DNA of 60,387 nucleotides from an uncultured Methylobacter sp. (GTDB lineage Bacteria > Pseudomonadota > Gammaproteobacteria > Methylococcales > Methylomonadaceae), in NCBI GenBank assembly GCA_964547705.1, contig CAZJOY010000001.1, positions 1-60,387 on the forward strand, in the 5' to 3' direction. Made by a program: the position numbers and the translations under genes. Shown here in pieces: positions 42,899 to 53,665 of the stretch (within the stretch, counting starts at the first letter, position 1; every line of letters starts with the position of its first letter). The notes below the pieces were generated by a model. It worked only from the letters and a program-made list of their open reading frames with translations. It had not been told where the DNA came from and ran no database searches.

Positions 42899-43854
42899 AG
42901 GACTGCTTGTGCGGACTCTATCATCATGCGCACAACATCGCGCATTTTAAACGTTGCCTGCCAGCCTAATTTGTGAAAAGCCTTGTCAGCACAGCCTTGA
43001 CTCCTAGCTAAGTCGGCTGGGCGAAACAATGCTGGGTCGATGTTCACATAATCACACCAATTCAAGCCGACAACCGCAAAAGCCTCTGCTACAAAATCTT
43101 GAAGCGAATTAGCTTCACCTGTTGCAACAATATAATCATCGGCCTTATCTTGCTGCATCATGCTCCACATTGCGTACACATACTCTGGCGCCCATCCCCA
43201 ATCACGCACAATATCAAGTCGTCCTAATGTAAGCTTTTCAGGGGAACCTTGAGCAATCCGGCACGCGGCCGAGATAATTTTTTGGGTAACGAAACGCTCT
43301 GGACGCAACGGTGATTCATGATTAAAGAGAATTCCATTACATGCATATAAACCATAAGCCTCGCGATAATTGGCAACCAGCCAATGCGCTGAGGACTTAG
43401 CCACGCCGTAAGGACTGCGCGGGCGAAAAGGGGTTTCTTCGGTAGCGGCTTGATGCCCATGCTCACCAAAACATTCACTTGATCCTGCATGATAAAACTT
43501 AATAGGTTTATCTAAAAAACGAATGCCTTCCAGTAAATTTAACGAACTGAGTGTAATGCTTTCCAACGTTTCGGCTGGCTGTTCAAAAGACAAACCAACA
43601 GAGCTTTGACCGGCAAGATGATAAACTTCGTCGGGTTCACTTCGAGTGAGCACAGTGAGCACGCTCCGAAAATCATTCGGCGCCATTGAGAGCAATTTAA
43701 CCCGATCTTTAATGCCAATCGAGTCCAAATTACCGAAGCCGGCAACCTGGGCATCTCTGGATGTGCCCCACACCTCATAGCCCTTATCAAGCAACAGTTT
43801 CGCCAGATACGCGCCATCTTGACCGCTTACGCCGCAAATCAAAGCTTTTTTCAC
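42895..43854 (-). CDS. GDP-mannose 4,6-dehydratase-like SDR (second, shorter paralogue)
   Basis: GVSGQDGAYL, SSECFG, SPYGVAK, LFNHESP and RDWG. Confidence 0.88.
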   Translation of the reverse strand: MKKALICGVSGQDGAYLAKLLLDKGYEVWGTSRDAQVAGFGNLDSIGIKDRVKLLSMAPNDFRSVLTVLTRSEPDEVYHLAGQSSVGLSFEQPAETLESITLSSLNLLEGIRFLDKPIKFYHAGSSECFGEHGHQAATEETPFRPRSPYGVAKSSAHWLVANYREAYGLYACNGILFNHESPLRPERFVTQKIISAACRIAQGSPEKLTLGRLDIVRDWGWAPEYVYAMWSMMQQDKADDYIVATGEANSLQDFVAEAFAVVGLNWCDYVNIDPALFRPADLARSQGCADKAFHKLGWQATFKMRDVVRMMIESAQAVL

Positions 43855-44957
43855 ATCAGGCTCCTATAGACAGCTAACGTTTCCTCTGCACAGCGTTCCC
43901 ATGAAAATTGAGCGCAACGCACTTGCCCATAGTTAATCAACTCTGCTCGCCTTGCAGTAGAATTTAATACACGTTCCATAGCTATGCGCATCGACTCAGT
44001 ATCTTTTGGATCAAAATATTCAGCTGCGTCGCCAACCACTTCAGGAATGGAACTGTTGTTGCTACAGGCAACAGGACAACCCAGCGACATTGCTTCAAGC
44101 GGTGGAATACCAAAGCCTTCATACAGAGAAGGATAAACAAACAGTGCCGCACTACAATAAAAGTTAGCCAATTCGCTATCACTTCCATTTATCTGTATCA
44201 CTTGATTATCAGCAAGTTTTAAGTCATCAAACAACTTTTTCTCGTTACTTGAAAACGCGCCGCCACCGAAGCACACAACATCAAAATTTTCATGCATCCA
44301 CTGGGAACCGGCATAAGCGCGTAAGAATCCTTCAAAATTTTTATACCTTTTACGGCAGCCCACATAAAGCAGATAAGGCTTTTTTTTATCCGTTTCCGGA
44401 ATCGTTGGAAGCAGACGATCGAAACCAAGATAAACGACTGACACTTTATCTTCCGGCAAATCGAACAGCTCCAGCAAATCCTTACGGGTGCTTTCGGAAA
44501 TGCAAATAATATGGTCCGCCCTCTGTGTCGCCATTCGCTTACACTCCGAGGTTCGGTCATGTTGGGAAAACGCGGCGGAAAACCGCTCATGAATCATGTC
44601 GTAAACGGTCACTACAGTACGAGTACCTTGTGGAGCGACCGGAGTTCGGTTGTAGTACGTTTCATGCACAATCTGCGGTGCAAACCTTGCGATGGCCCTG
44701 CGGGCTAACCATAAGCCACTGCGATGAAAAGCTGTTCCTGTTTTAGGTATTTGGGGGATCTTAATGCCTGACACTATTTCTTTGGGCAGCTTTTCAAGAT
44801 AAGCATTTATATAAAAAGGCGCGATGATGCGAGCTTGGACACCTTCAATATCCGCTAACTGAGCAGCAAGACTACCAATATAGCGAGAAATCCCTCCATA
44901 CTGCTGCATGGTGAATATCTGTGAGTCAAAGGCTATTTTCATTTCACTATTGCTCAT
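43851..44957 (-). CDS. Glycosyltransferase family 4 (mannosyltransferase-like)
   Basis: QYGGISRY, TVYDMIHE and YEGFGIPPLEAM. Confidence 0.9.
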   Translation of the reverse strand: MSNSEMKIAFDSQIFTMQQYGGISRYIGSLAAQLADIEGVQARIIAPFYINAYLEKLPKEIVSGIKIPQIPKTGTAFHRSGLWLARRAIARFAPQIVHETYYNRTPVAPQGTRTVVTVYDMIHERFSAAFSQHDRTSECKRMATQRADHIICISESTRKDLLELFDLPEDKVSVVYLGFDRLLPTIPETDKKKPYLLYVGCRKRYKNFEGFLRAYAGSQWMHENFDVVCFGGGAFSSNEKKLFDDLKLADNQVIQINGSDSELANFYCSAALFVYPSLYEGFGIPPLEAMSLGCPVACSNNSSIPEVVGDAAEYFDPKDTESMRIAMERVLNSTARRAELINYGQVRCAQFSWERCAEETLAVYRSLM

Positions 44958-45783
44958 CTTTGCCGATCTTGTGCAGCATTAAGTGATGGTCGGTCATCGT
45001 CTTAGAACCCAAGCGTCTACGCACCCACCACGGCGCAATCCGTGAAACCCATCGCCCTGTGACTATGCCTAGCAATCGCTGATTCACAGCGGTTTTTGAG
45101 AGGATATGCATGCCATTGGCACTGGCAAAGTGCATTCCCAATCTATCGGCTACTGCCGTTAAAGTCCGTCGCTGGAAAAATCCGATATGCTGCCCGGTAG
45201 AAAATGCGTAGTACCACCACGCATCAGGTTCAGGAGGAACGCCTTCATACAACTCCGTCGTAAACAACAGTGAGTTTGCACCTGAAAAGGCAAATATTTC
45301 TTCTATAAAAGCAACAGGATCCGTAACATGCTCCAACACTTCCATTGCGGTAACTACACGGCAATCCCCATACGGTTGCCTATATTCAAAACCAAGAGCC
45401 AATAAATTGTTACAATATTTATCGTGCCAATAAAACTCAAAACCAATGTCTCGCATCAGCCTGGTAAGCATACCGTATCCGCCCGCCGCATCCAGGTAAC
45501 GCCCCTTTCCACGTTCATGCAATACCCAATACAACACTCCGGCAAGTTGGTTGGCTATAGTGATATTTCGCATGACCAAGCCGGTGTCTGCTAGAGCAAT
45601 TGCGCTCGAGTATGCCTCCTCAAGCCAATGTGGCTTATGGGCGCGCAAAAAGCCGCATTCTTTACAAACTTCGTATTGAGCGTGATATTTATTAAGAACC
45701 TTGGCTGTAAAGCATGCCGCCATTGCGCCCGAACATATAGGGCATGCCATGCTTGCATCTAGTTCATCAGCGGCTTCTTTCAT
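44947..45783 (-). CDS. Class I SAM-dependent methyltransferase with N-terminal CxxC pairs
   Basis: CPIC...CKEC, YLDAAGGYG, EVLEHV and GQHI. The exact start is uncertain. Confidence 0.82.
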   Translation of the reverse strand: MKEAADELDASMACPICSGAMAACFTAKVLNKYHAQYEVCKECGFLRAHKPHWLEEAYSSAIALADTGLVMRNITIANQLAGVLYWVLHERGKGRYLDAAGGYGMLTRLMRDIGFEFYWHDKYCNNLLALGFEYRQPYGDCRVVTAMEVLEHVTDPVAFIEEIFAFSGANSLLFTTELYEGVPPEPDAWWYYAFSTGQHIGFFQRRTLTAVADRLGMHFASANGMHILSKTAVNQRLLGIVTGRWVSRIAPWWVRRRLGSKTMTDHHLMLHKIGKDEQ

Positions 45784-45860
45784 CGAAGTAGCCCAATAAA
45801 TTTGTTAAAAACGCGTTTTAAAGATAACGTCATGCTCTATTTTTTGTAAATGTTATTTTG

Positions 45861-46451
45861 TTATCGTTCATCTTTCGACAGCACTCTAATTGCTTTAGCA
45901 GGATTGCCCGCGACAACTGTCCATGCAGGAACATCCTTCGTTACCACGCTTCCGGCACCAATAATCGCGCCTTCGCCAACAGAAACATTTTTTAAAATCG
46001 TCACATTAACGCCAATCCAGGCCTTGTCGTGAATATGGATGCTCCCTTTATTAACGTGCTGCCAGTTTTTCTCCCCTTTTGCCCAATCAAGCACATCGCT
46101 TGAACGTTTGCTCCATGCAATCGGGTGAGCGTCATGGTCGATTATTGTACAGCCCCATGAAATCAGGACATCGTCACCAATGATGATCCTGTTTGCAGAT
46201 ACCAGCATACTTCCGCCAATAAAGCATCGCGATCCTATGGTCACATGCGCATCCGAACACTCTGTAGCAATATTGCCTTGCATCAGCGTATGGTCGCCTA
46301 TTTCCAATTGGCTACCATCTTTTAAGAACAGTTTGCGATATGCCGCTATATTCGCGGTGTTGGATATTTTAATATTTGGATTTCGGGATATTTTCAGCTT
46401 AGCCGAATAATCCCGTATATATTCCCACAGCTTCATCAACACACTAAACAT
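45861..46451 (-). CDS. Hexapeptide-repeat O-acyltransferase
   Basis: WIGVNVTILKNVSVGEGAIIGAGSVVTKDVP...GNPA. Confidence 0.9.
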   Translation of the reverse strand: MFSVLMKLWEYIRDYSAKLKISRNPNIKISNTANIAAYRKLFLKDGSQLEIGDHTLMQGNIATECSDAHVTIGSRCFIGGSMLVSANRIIIGDDVLISWGCTIIDHDAHPIAWSKRSSDVLDWAKGEKNWQHVNKGSIHIHDKAWIGVNVTILKNVSVGEGAIIGAGSVVTKDVPAWTVVAGNPAKAIRVLSKDER

Positions 46452-47778
46452 TAACTGCCTCGTTGTGTTTGATTAATATTTTTCTCGCCACAATAGAATA
46501 GGGAATTAAGGTGCATAAAAACCAAGCAATGACACTGCCAAATACAACTCCAGCTACGCCGTATATTTGAATTAGATAGATCGACAGAATTACATTCAAC
46601 ACGGACGTCAATACCGTGGCGCTAATTTGAATTTTTATGAGTTGCATTGCGTTAAATAGCGCCGCCAATGCTCCACCCACTGTGCAAAATATCATCCAAA
46701 TACCGCATCCCGCCATCAATCCTGTTGATGGAATCGTATCTTGGCCCACCCACAACTCGATAATTTTTTTTCCTAGCAGCATCAATACGAAAGCGGAAGG
46801 AATGCTGAGCAATAAAGCCCAGCGCATAGATTTCAAAAATATACGTCTTACCCATTGCACGTCGCCGCTTGAAAATGCTTCCCGATAAGCCGGCCACAAT
46901 GGCGTCAATAACAAGCCGAACAACATTGGAACCATCAGGAACAATTTCATGCAAATTGCATAATTAGTTACTGCTATAGCCCCGAGCATATTAGCAATAA
47001 TCACATTATCAGCTTGTCCTTGAACGGCTCCTGCAATCTGCAACACAAAGAACATCCCCCCCACCGTGAAGAGATTTTTTACGATTGAGGTATCTATCTT
47101 GCTTAACTGCGGGCGTAAATCTATTCTTAGAAAAAGCAGGAAATGAATATTGCTCCCAAGATAGGCAAGCATAGACCCACTAAGAAAGGCAATCACAAAG
47201 CCAATCAGTCCCGCATCCTTTTGGATAGCGATGTACACGAATAGCAGCGATAGCGCCGCCCCTCCCCCAATCCAGAAATTATCCAGATTGCCTTCTTGCA
47301 ACCCTCTTTGTATTTTCCCGACCAAGGTTGTAAACATGCTTACAAAGAAGAACAACCCGGTGATTATCACAATCCCCTCCAGATCCGATTGCGAGCTTTG
47401 TTCTGCCAAGCCAAGTAGTTTGCCCCAAGAGATAAAAGGAAATATCGCCAAAAATAACAGACAACCGGTTAATGAGAGCGCCATCAAACTGAAGAAAGCG
47501 GTAGAAACAACTTTAGCCAGATCATCATTTTGTGCGCCACTGGCATGAGAAACTAAGTTTATTACGGCATTGCCAGCCCCACCGTCCATGAAGCCTAGCA
47601 TAGCCACCAAGGAAGAAACCGCCACCCAAAGACCGTATTGTTCTTTCCCCAAGTAATGCACCGCTAACGGCACCATCAGCAGCGAAACAGCTACGCTCAC
47701 TATTTTTGCAACAAGCCCCGACCAAGCGGTTTTGATGATTTTATTGCGCCGGTCTTGGGCACGATTCTGTAAGATCAT
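46444..47778 (-). CDS. wzx: Wzx-type oligosaccharide flippase
   Basis: About 12 TM helices, YLGKEQYGLW and DNVII..MLG; polysaccharide cluster context. Confidence 0.85.
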   Translation of the reverse strand: MILQNRAQDRRNKIIKTAWSGLVAKIVSVAVSLLMVPLAVHYLGKEQYGLWVAVSSLVAMLGFMDGGAGNAVINLVSHASGAQNDDLAKVVSTAFFSLMALSLTGCLLFLAIFPFISWGKLLGLAEQSSQSDLEGIVIITGLFFFVSMFTTLVGKIQRGLQEGNLDNFWIGGGAALSLLFVYIAIQKDAGLIGFVIAFLSGSMLAYLGSNIHFLLFLRIDLRPQLSKIDTSIVKNLFTVGGMFFVLQIAGAVQGQADNVIIANMLGAIAVTNYAICMKLFLMVPMLFGLLLTPLWPAYREAFSSGDVQWVRRIFLKSMRWALLLSIPSAFVLMLLGKKIIELWVGQDTIPSTGLMAGCGIWMIFCTVGGALAALFNAMQLIKIQISATVLTSVLNVILSIYLIQIYGVAGVVFGSVIAWFLCTLIPYSIVARKILIKHNEAVNV

Positions 47779-47913
47779 GTTCCTATAGTTGATTGCGCTA
47801 TAACAACTCGACTATTAGACTTACCCAATCGCCTGACTTAGCTTCAGTAGCATTTAACGAGAATCCGTCACTAATCAATTCCCTGTATCTAGCCCTTGGC
47901 AATATAATCGTGT

Positions 47914-48873
47914 TCATACTTGATTGCTTAGGTATTCATGGTAAGTCAAATTAACTCCTTCTTGTAAACCGGTACTTGCTTTCCAGCTTAATTCGCTAAT
48001 CCTGGAAATATCTAATACCTTGCGCATCGTGCCATCGGGTTTGGATCTGTCTTGCATGAACTGACCGTTGTAACCTATTACCTCGGCACATATTTCCGCC
48101 AGTTTACGGATGGTCAGATCTTCACCTGTACCTACATTAATCAATGGGCATTGATCTGGATTAGTCAAAGTGTTATATCGCTGATCATCTAATGAGGCCA
48201 AAAATACCAATGCATTCGCCAGATCATCTACATACAAAAACTCGCGCCTGGGCGTACCGCTACCCCACAGCACCACTTCCGGAGTACCAGTAACTTTTGC
48301 TTCGTGTATTTTACGTATCAACGCAGGCAAAACATGCGAATTATTCAGATCGTAATTATCGCCTGGACCATATAAATTGGTGGGCATAGCCGCCAGCCAT
48401 CTGGTGCCGTATTGACGATTATATGACCAGCACATTTCAATACCGGCAATTTTAGCCAATGCATAGGGACGATTAGTTGATTCGAGCGGACCGGTAAGTA
48501 AATATTCTTCTTTGATCGGTTGCGGACAATCACGCGGATAAATACAGGAACTACCTAAAAATATCAGACGGCTTACGCCTGCGGCATAAGCCGCACGGCA
48601 AACATTAGATTCAACCAGCAAATTGCCCATCAGGAATTCCACCGGATAACTATTGTTGGCGTGTATGCCGCCGACTTTCGCAGCAGCCAAAAATACAACT
48701 TCCGGGCGCTCTTGCTCAAAGAATTGCAGTGTGGCCGCAGCATCTTCCAAATCCAGTTCGGCATGAGTGCGCCCTACCAGATTGGTGTAACCTTGCCGTT
48801 GCAGCTCGCGCATAATGGCGCTACCCGCCAAGCCTCGGTGTCCGGCTATATATATTTTGGCGTTCTTATTCAT
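47914..48873 (-). CDS. fcl: GDP-L-fucose synthase
   Basis: AGHRGLAG, AAKVGGIHAN, LGSSCIYP, YALAK and PTNLYG. Confidence 0.95.
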   Translation of the reverse strand: MNKNAKIYIAGHRGLAGSAIMRELQRQGYTNLVGRTHAELDLEDAAATLQFFEQERPEVVFLAAAKVGGIHANNSYPVEFLMGNLLVESNVCRAAYAAGVSRLIFLGSSCIYPRDCPQPIKEEYLLTGPLESTNRPYALAKIAGIEMCWSYNRQYGTRWLAAMPTNLYGPGDNYDLNNSHVLPALIRKIHEAKVTGTPEVVLWGSGTPRREFLYVDDLANALVFLASLDDQRYNTLTNPDQCPLINVGTGEDLTIRKLAEICAEVIGYNGQFMQDRSKPDGTMRKVLDISRISELSWKASTGLQEGVNLTYHEYLSNQV

Positions 48874-48883
48874 TTTTGATTAC

Positions 48884-49969
48884 TTATTCATGATAATCAT
48901 AAGCCGCAAAACCATGCTGTTTGACTAACTCGTCGCGCTCTGCACTCTTGAGGTCTTCCCGCACCATTTCCGCTACTAATTCGCTGAAAGTGATTTTCGG
49001 CGTCCACCCCAGGTTTGCCTTTGCTTTGCTCGGATCTCCCAACAGCGTCTCTACCTCCGTAGGACGGAAATAGCGGGCATCAACCTGTACAATGCACTGT
49101 CCTTGGGCATCATAACCTTTTTCGTTTACGCCACTGCCTTGCCAAGTGACTCTAATGCCCAGCTCTCTCGCGGCAATGTCAACGAATTGGCGCACACTGT
49201 ATTGAATTCCGGTCGCAATAACAAAATCATCAGGCTTATCCTGCTGTAACATCAACCATTGCATCTCAACATAATCTTTAGCATGTCCCCAGTCACGCAG
49301 AGCATCAAGGTTGCCGAGGTAAAGGCAATCCTGCAAACCAAGCTTGATACGCGCTAACGCACGGGTAATTTTTCGAGTAACAAAAGTCTCGCCTCGAATC
49401 GGGCTTTCATGATTGAACAGTATGCCGTTGCAGGCATACATACCGTAAGCCTCGCGATAATTGACAGTAATCCAATAGGCATAAAGCTTGGCAACGGCAT
49501 AAGGAGAACGAGGATAAAACGGCGTGGTTTCCTTCTGCGGCGTTTCTTGAACTAGACCGTAAAGTTCGGAAGTAGAAGCTTGATAAAAACGGGTCTTCTT
49601 TTCCATACCGAGGATGCGGATAGCCTCAAGTAGTCGTAATGTACCGATACCGTCGGCATTGGCGGTATACTCGGGAGTATCAAAGCTCACTGCGACATGA
49701 CTCATCGCGGCAAGATTATAGATCTCGTCAGGCTGGACTTGCTGAATGATTCGTATCAGGTTGGTCGCATCGGTTAAATCGCCAAAATGCAAAAAGAAAC
49801 GTGCGTCTTTGACGTGCGGATCCTGATAGAGATGATCGATGCGGTCGGTATTAAATAGCGATGAACGCCGCTTGAGGCCATGCACCACATAGCCTTTTTG
49901 GAGTAAAAATTCGGCCAAGTAGGCCCCATCCTGTCCGGTAATGCCGGTAATTAATGCGACTTTATTCAT
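48884..49969 (-). CDS. gmd: GDP-mannose 4,6-dehydratase
   Basis: [27 protein letters not shown] and GETFVTRK; start at ATG 49969. Confidence 0.96.
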   Translation of the reverse strand: MNKVALITGITGQDGAYLAEFLLQKGYVVHGLKRRSSLFNTDRIDHLYQDPHVKDARFFLHFGDLTDATNLIRIIQQVQPDEIYNLAAMSHVAVSFDTPEYTANADGIGTLRLLEAIRILGMEKKTRFYQASTSELYGLVQETPQKETTPFYPRSPYAVAKLYAYWITVNYREAYGMYACNGILFNHESPIRGETFVTRKITRALARIKLGLQDCLYLGNLDALRDWGHAKDYVEMQWLMLQQDKPDDFVIATGIQYSVRQFVDIAARELGIRVTWQGSGVNEKGYDAQGQCIVQVDARYFRPTEVETLLGDPSKAKANLGWTPKITFSELVAEMVREDLKSAERDELVKQHGFAAYDYHE

Positions 49970-49973
49970 TAGC

Positions 49974-51395
49974 TTAGGTTCTATTATAAGTGTCATCGAA
50001 ACGCACGATATCGTCCTCTCCCACATACTCGCCACATTGCACCTCGATAATTTGCAACGGAAGAGTGCCGGGATTTTCCAGACGATGCCGGTGGGTCTTG
50101 GGAATATAAGTTGATTGGTTGGCCTCCAATTGGATTTCCTGCGTACCGTTAGTAATTTTAGCGGTACCGGAGACGACAACCCAGTGCTCGGAGCGGTGTT
50201 TATGCATTTGCATGGAGAGCTTGGCGCCGGGATTGACAATAATAAACTTGATCTTGAAACTGGGGCCTTCCTCCAAGATCGTGTAAATTCCCCACGGGCG
50301 ATGTACAGTAAGATGCGTTTCAGTCAGATGCGGGTGAGATTTCTGTACCTGCTCGACCAGCTGTTTGATGTCTTCAGTGCGGCTGCGCTCACAAATCAGC
50401 GTAGCATCCGCCGTCTGAATCACGGCAATATTCTGCACACCCAACGTAGCCAGAAGGCCATTCGAACTCCAGAGCAGGCTATCTTGAGTATCCAACGTCA
50501 GGATGTCGCCTTGTGTGATATTTCCTGATTCATCTTTAGCACGATGTTGATAAATCGACTCCCAACTTCCGAGATCGTTCCAGTCCATCGCGACAGGGAC
50601 TACTGCCACTTTTTTCGCTCTTTCTGCCAAACCGTAATCAATGGATAGATTCGGCAACTGATCATAAAACGCTTCCACGTCGGTTTTTTCCTGCATTGCA
50701 GTTATTACTTTGTGAATTTCAGGCTGATAATGCTGAAGCATTTGCATAAAATCACCTGCGCGGAATACAAACATGCCGCTGTTCCATAAATAGCCGCTTT
50801 CAACAAAACGTTTTGCGTTCTCCAGAATCGGTTTTTCAACAAAGCGGGACACATTTAAGATCGGGTTGGCCGCATCCTGTAGCCCCAACGTCTCTCCTGG
50901 TTGAATATAACCGTAACCCGTTGCAGGTTCGGATGGTGTTATACCCAGCAATACCAGATAACCCTCCGCAGCCGCCAGTTCGGCTGATCGCCAAGCCGAA
51001 AGAAAGCTTTGCTCGTCACCAATAGCATGATCAGAAGGAAAAACGCCGACCACCGCCTCCGGTTCCTGCTTAAAAATCTCCCAAACAGCCCATGCAATTG
51101 CCGGCAAGGTGTTGCGAGCGCAAGGTTCGGCTAATACCGCGGCAGGAAGCAGGGCATCGATTTCGGCCAGCTGTCCTTTTACTTCGAATTTATGATCCTG
51201 ATGCGTGACCGTCAACAAACACCCGGCCTCTACATGTTTGAGTAATCGATATGCCGTTTGTTGTAATAACGTTTGCTCGCCGTTGAGCGGAAGCAACTGC
51301 TTTGGGCGTAATGTACGCGAAAGCGGCCAAAGACGACTGCCACTACCTCCGGCAAGAATAATTGCATAGCTATTAGTCATCATCTTATCGGGCAT
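49974..51395 (-). CDS. manC: Mannose-1-phosphate guanylyltransferase / mannose-6-phosphate isomerase
   Basis: [25 protein letters not shown] and C-terminal cupin RPWG...HRSEHW. Confidence 0.95.
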   Translation of the reverse strand: MPDKMMTNSYAIILAGGSGSRLWPLSRTLRPKQLLPLNGEQTLLQQTAYRLLKHVEAGCLLTVTHQDHKFEVKGQLAEIDALLPAAVLAEPCARNTLPAIAWAVWEIFKQEPEAVVGVFPSDHAIGDEQSFLSAWRSAELAAAEGYLVLLGITPSEPATGYGYIQPGETLGLQDAANPILNVSRFVEKPILENAKRFVESGYLWNSGMFVFRAGDFMQMLQHYQPEIHKVITAMQEKTDVEAFYDQLPNLSIDYGLAERAKKVAVVPVAMDWNDLGSWESIYQHRAKDESGNITQGDILTLDTQDSLLWSSNGLLATLGVQNIAVIQTADATLICERSRTEDIKQLVEQVQKSHPHLTETHLTVHRPWGIYTILEEGPSFKIKFIIVNPGAKLSMQMHKHRSEHWVVVSGTAKITNGTQEIQLEANQSTYIPKTHRHRLENPGTLPLQIIEVQCGEYVGEDDIVRFDDTYNRT

Positions 51396-51670
51396 GAGGC
51401 GATGTAGGGGCAGTGTGGTATGCCGAAAGTAATAGAGGGAATGTCTGCAAAGAAATTATCAAGGACAAGGTCGACCGAACCACTTGAATCACTAAAACAC
51501 CTCTTATAATTGCCTTTTCAATATTAAGCATGCTCTTGTTTTACCAAGCTCTATTGGTTATTTAATTGTTTCACAGACCAGCTAACTTTAGCCAGCCTTA
51601 GGCTATTTGGCCTAGCCTGAGATATGTTTTGTTGAAGCGCTATTAACAAAATAGCACCATAATCCTGTTT

Positions 51671-52129
51671 TCACTCCAGCGAAAGAATAAACGCCCATTG
51701 GTCTTCGCTAACCGGCATTATCGATAATCGATTACCGCGTCTTATCAGCGCCAGCTCTGACAGCGCCTCATGATCTTTTAATTCTTTTAGAGTGATGGTC
51801 CGAGACAAGGTTCTGACATACTTAACATCAACCATGATCCAGCGAGGATGTTCAAGGTCGCTTTTCGGATCGAAATGCTTGTCATCCGGATCGAAAGCGG
51901 AAAAATCGGGGTAACCTTCTTTAACGACTTCCATGATGCCGACTATTCCCGGCACATCGCAGTTAGAATGGTAGAAGAAGACCTGGTCGCCTAGCTTCAT
52001 GTCATCCCGCATCATATTCCTAGCCTGATAATTACGCACGCCATCCCAATGTTCGGTCCGGTTAGGCTTGTTGTATAAATCATTAATTCCGAACGTATCG
52101 GGTTCGGATTTCATTAGCCAGTAATTCAT
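51671..52129 (-). CDS. EVE domain protein
   Basis: YWLMKSEP, WDGVRNYQARN and FFYHSNC. Confidence 0.95.
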   Translation of the reverse strand: MNYWLMKSEPDTFGINDLYNKPNRTEHWDGVRNYQARNMMRDDMKLGDQVFFYHSNCDVPGIVGIMEVVKEGYPDFSAFDPDDKHFDPKSDLEHPRWIMVDVKYVRTLSRTITLKELKDHEALSELALIRRGNRLSIMPVSEDQWAFILSLE

Positions 52130-52159
52130 GGGGATTTATTATGAGAAGCGGTTATATGG

Positions 52160-52342
52160 TGCATCTCCCGCCTGCGCCGTAATGTGCTTTCGTCCTTGAA
52201 CCGGAGGTTCAAGTGGGGACATGGCCGGTACATCAGGCTTCCCGTATAAAACGGGCATGCTCACCAATACTGGTATCCGCCCCCGGGGTAAAAACAGGTT
52301 CAGGAAACACCCAGCACACTCTCGAACGCCGCAGGAGATGCA
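52160..52342 (-). ncRNA. ssrS: 6S RNA
   Basis: 183 nt with complementary ends tgcatctcc...ggagatgca, a gaagcc and ttgaacc..ggttcaag 3' segment, located directly downstream of zapA. Confidence 0.92.
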
Positions 52343-52361
52343 AGACAATAGTTTAGCGTGT

Positions 52362-52661
52362 TTACTGATTTTCTAAAACGTTTTCTATCTTCTGAGTCAT
52401 TTTCGCCAGACATTCACTCAACGTCTGGTTGAGCATCGCATTCTGGCTTTTCATTAATTGTAACTCATGAGCCAAATTAAGCGCCGCCATCACCGCAATT
52501 CTGTCGGCGCCAGCCACTTTACCGGAATCTCTCATTTGACGCATTTGCGCGTCAAGCTGTTGGGCCGACTGAATCAGGTCGTTTTGCTCGTCTGGTGCAC
52601 AGGCAATCTTATATTCTTTACCCATGATAGTCAGCAATACAGACTGGGGTCTTTTGTTCAT
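52362..52661 (-). CDS. zapA: Cell division protein ZapA
   Basis: IMGKEYKIAC and RIAVMAALNLAHEL. Confidence 0.94.
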   Translation of the reverse strand: MNKRPQSVLLTIMGKEYKIACAPDEQNDLIQSAQQLDAQMRQMRDSGKVAGADRIAVMAALNLAHELQLMKSQNAMLNQTLSECLAKMTQKIENVLENQ

Positions 52662-52879
52662 GATCCGTTCTCCATGGCTTTCAACCGGGTAATCATCGCT
52701 TCAACACGGGTCCTGGCCAGCGTGGTTTTTTCCAGAAGCTTGGCCTTTTCCCGAACTAATGAATCCTGTTTGGTTTTTAGCGAACTGTTTTCATTTTTTA
52801 CATTTGTATATTGCTCGATAAGCTGATCTAGCTTGTCTTCGAGCCCTTTTAACTCTAAAGATTGATTTGATTCTGTCAT
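52658..52879 (-). CDS. TIGR02449-family coiled-coil protein (ZapB-like)
   Basis: 73-aa coiled coil ending ARTRVEAMITRLKAME, upstream of zapA. Confidence 0.88.
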   Translation of the reverse strand: MTESNQSLELKGLEDKLDQLIEQYTNVKNENSSLKTKQDSLVREKAKLLEKTTLARTRVEAMITRLKAMENGS

Positions 52880-53015
52880 GGTGATACTGGGTTGTTGCGG
52901 GGAAACACGTAAAATATGCGCATTACCGAGCGATTCAAGATTAACAAATATTATCCAAGTTAATGATCATGGTAGCATAAGCGATATTTTTAGTCCGCGA
53001 TAGTGAAATTATTAT

Positions 53016-53606
53016 GTGGGATTTATGACTTACTCGATAATTAATACAATAGTTGTACGTAGCGACGCCGGGCTCTCGGCGGCGCAAGCTCACGGCATGG
53101 CCTCAGGCATGTTATGCGCCAATGAGCACTCTCAAAGCACTCAATGGTTAACGGAACTATTCCGCAATGCGGCACCGATAGCTGATGAAGACAAGGCAGT
53201 ATTAGTTGATTTATTCGAGGAAACACGAAGCTTATTAGCGAGTGATGACTTTGAATTTGACTTGCTGTTGCCGGCAGATGACGACTGCATGGATGCAGGA
53301 GGTAGAGCAACGCATGGAGCAGTTGCCGACGCTTTATTGAGCGAGCAGGTCGAGGCGCTAACTTACTGGTGCCAAGGCTTTTTATGGGGCGTGGGTTTTA
53401 CTCATGCCACCTCCGACCTGTCCAAGGAAGCAAAAGAAATATTAAAAGATATTGTCGAATTCACCAAGCTGGACACCGAGGCTGAAGGCGAAGATGATGA
53501 AAGCGATTTCATGGAAATTACTGAATACATGAGGTCGGCTGTTTTACTGCTGCGGAGCGAGTTGAATGACGGAGGTGAAAGGCTCAAGGCAAAAAGTCCA
53601 AGGTAA
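53016..53606 (+). CDS. ygfB: UPF0149 (YgfB) family protein with a 15-aa insertion
   Basis: AQAHGMASGML, WCQGFLWGVG and EITEYMR; upstream of pepP. The start may be the ATG at 53025. Confidence 0.88.
   Translation: MGFMTYSIINTIVVRSDAGLSAAQAHGMASGMLCANEHSQSTQWLTELFRNAAPIADEDKAVLVDLFEETRSLLASDDFEFDLLLPADDDCMDAGGRATHGAVADALLSEQVEALTYWCQGFLWGVGFTHATSDLSKEAKEILKDIVEFTKLDTEAEGEDDESDFMEITEYMRSAVLLLRSELNDGGERLKAKSPR
53282..53330 (+). mobile_element. 45-bp in-frame palindromic insertion element
   Basis: cgac-tgcatggatgcaggaggtagagcaacgcatggagcagttgc-cgac: a 4-bp direct repeat 45 bp apart with two small internal hairpins. Confidence 0.7.
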
Positions 53607-53665
53607 AAACTTTTTTCAACTTTCGTCTTTTATCTTGAACCTTAGACCTTTAACCTGATTTAAAA

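Noticed and set aside
51396..51670. JUMPStart/ops element ahead of manC
   Set aside because: No GGCGGTAG motif was seen on the coding strand.
52139..52348. 69-aa ORF between zapA and the EVE gene
   Set aside because: Coincides with the 6S RNA.
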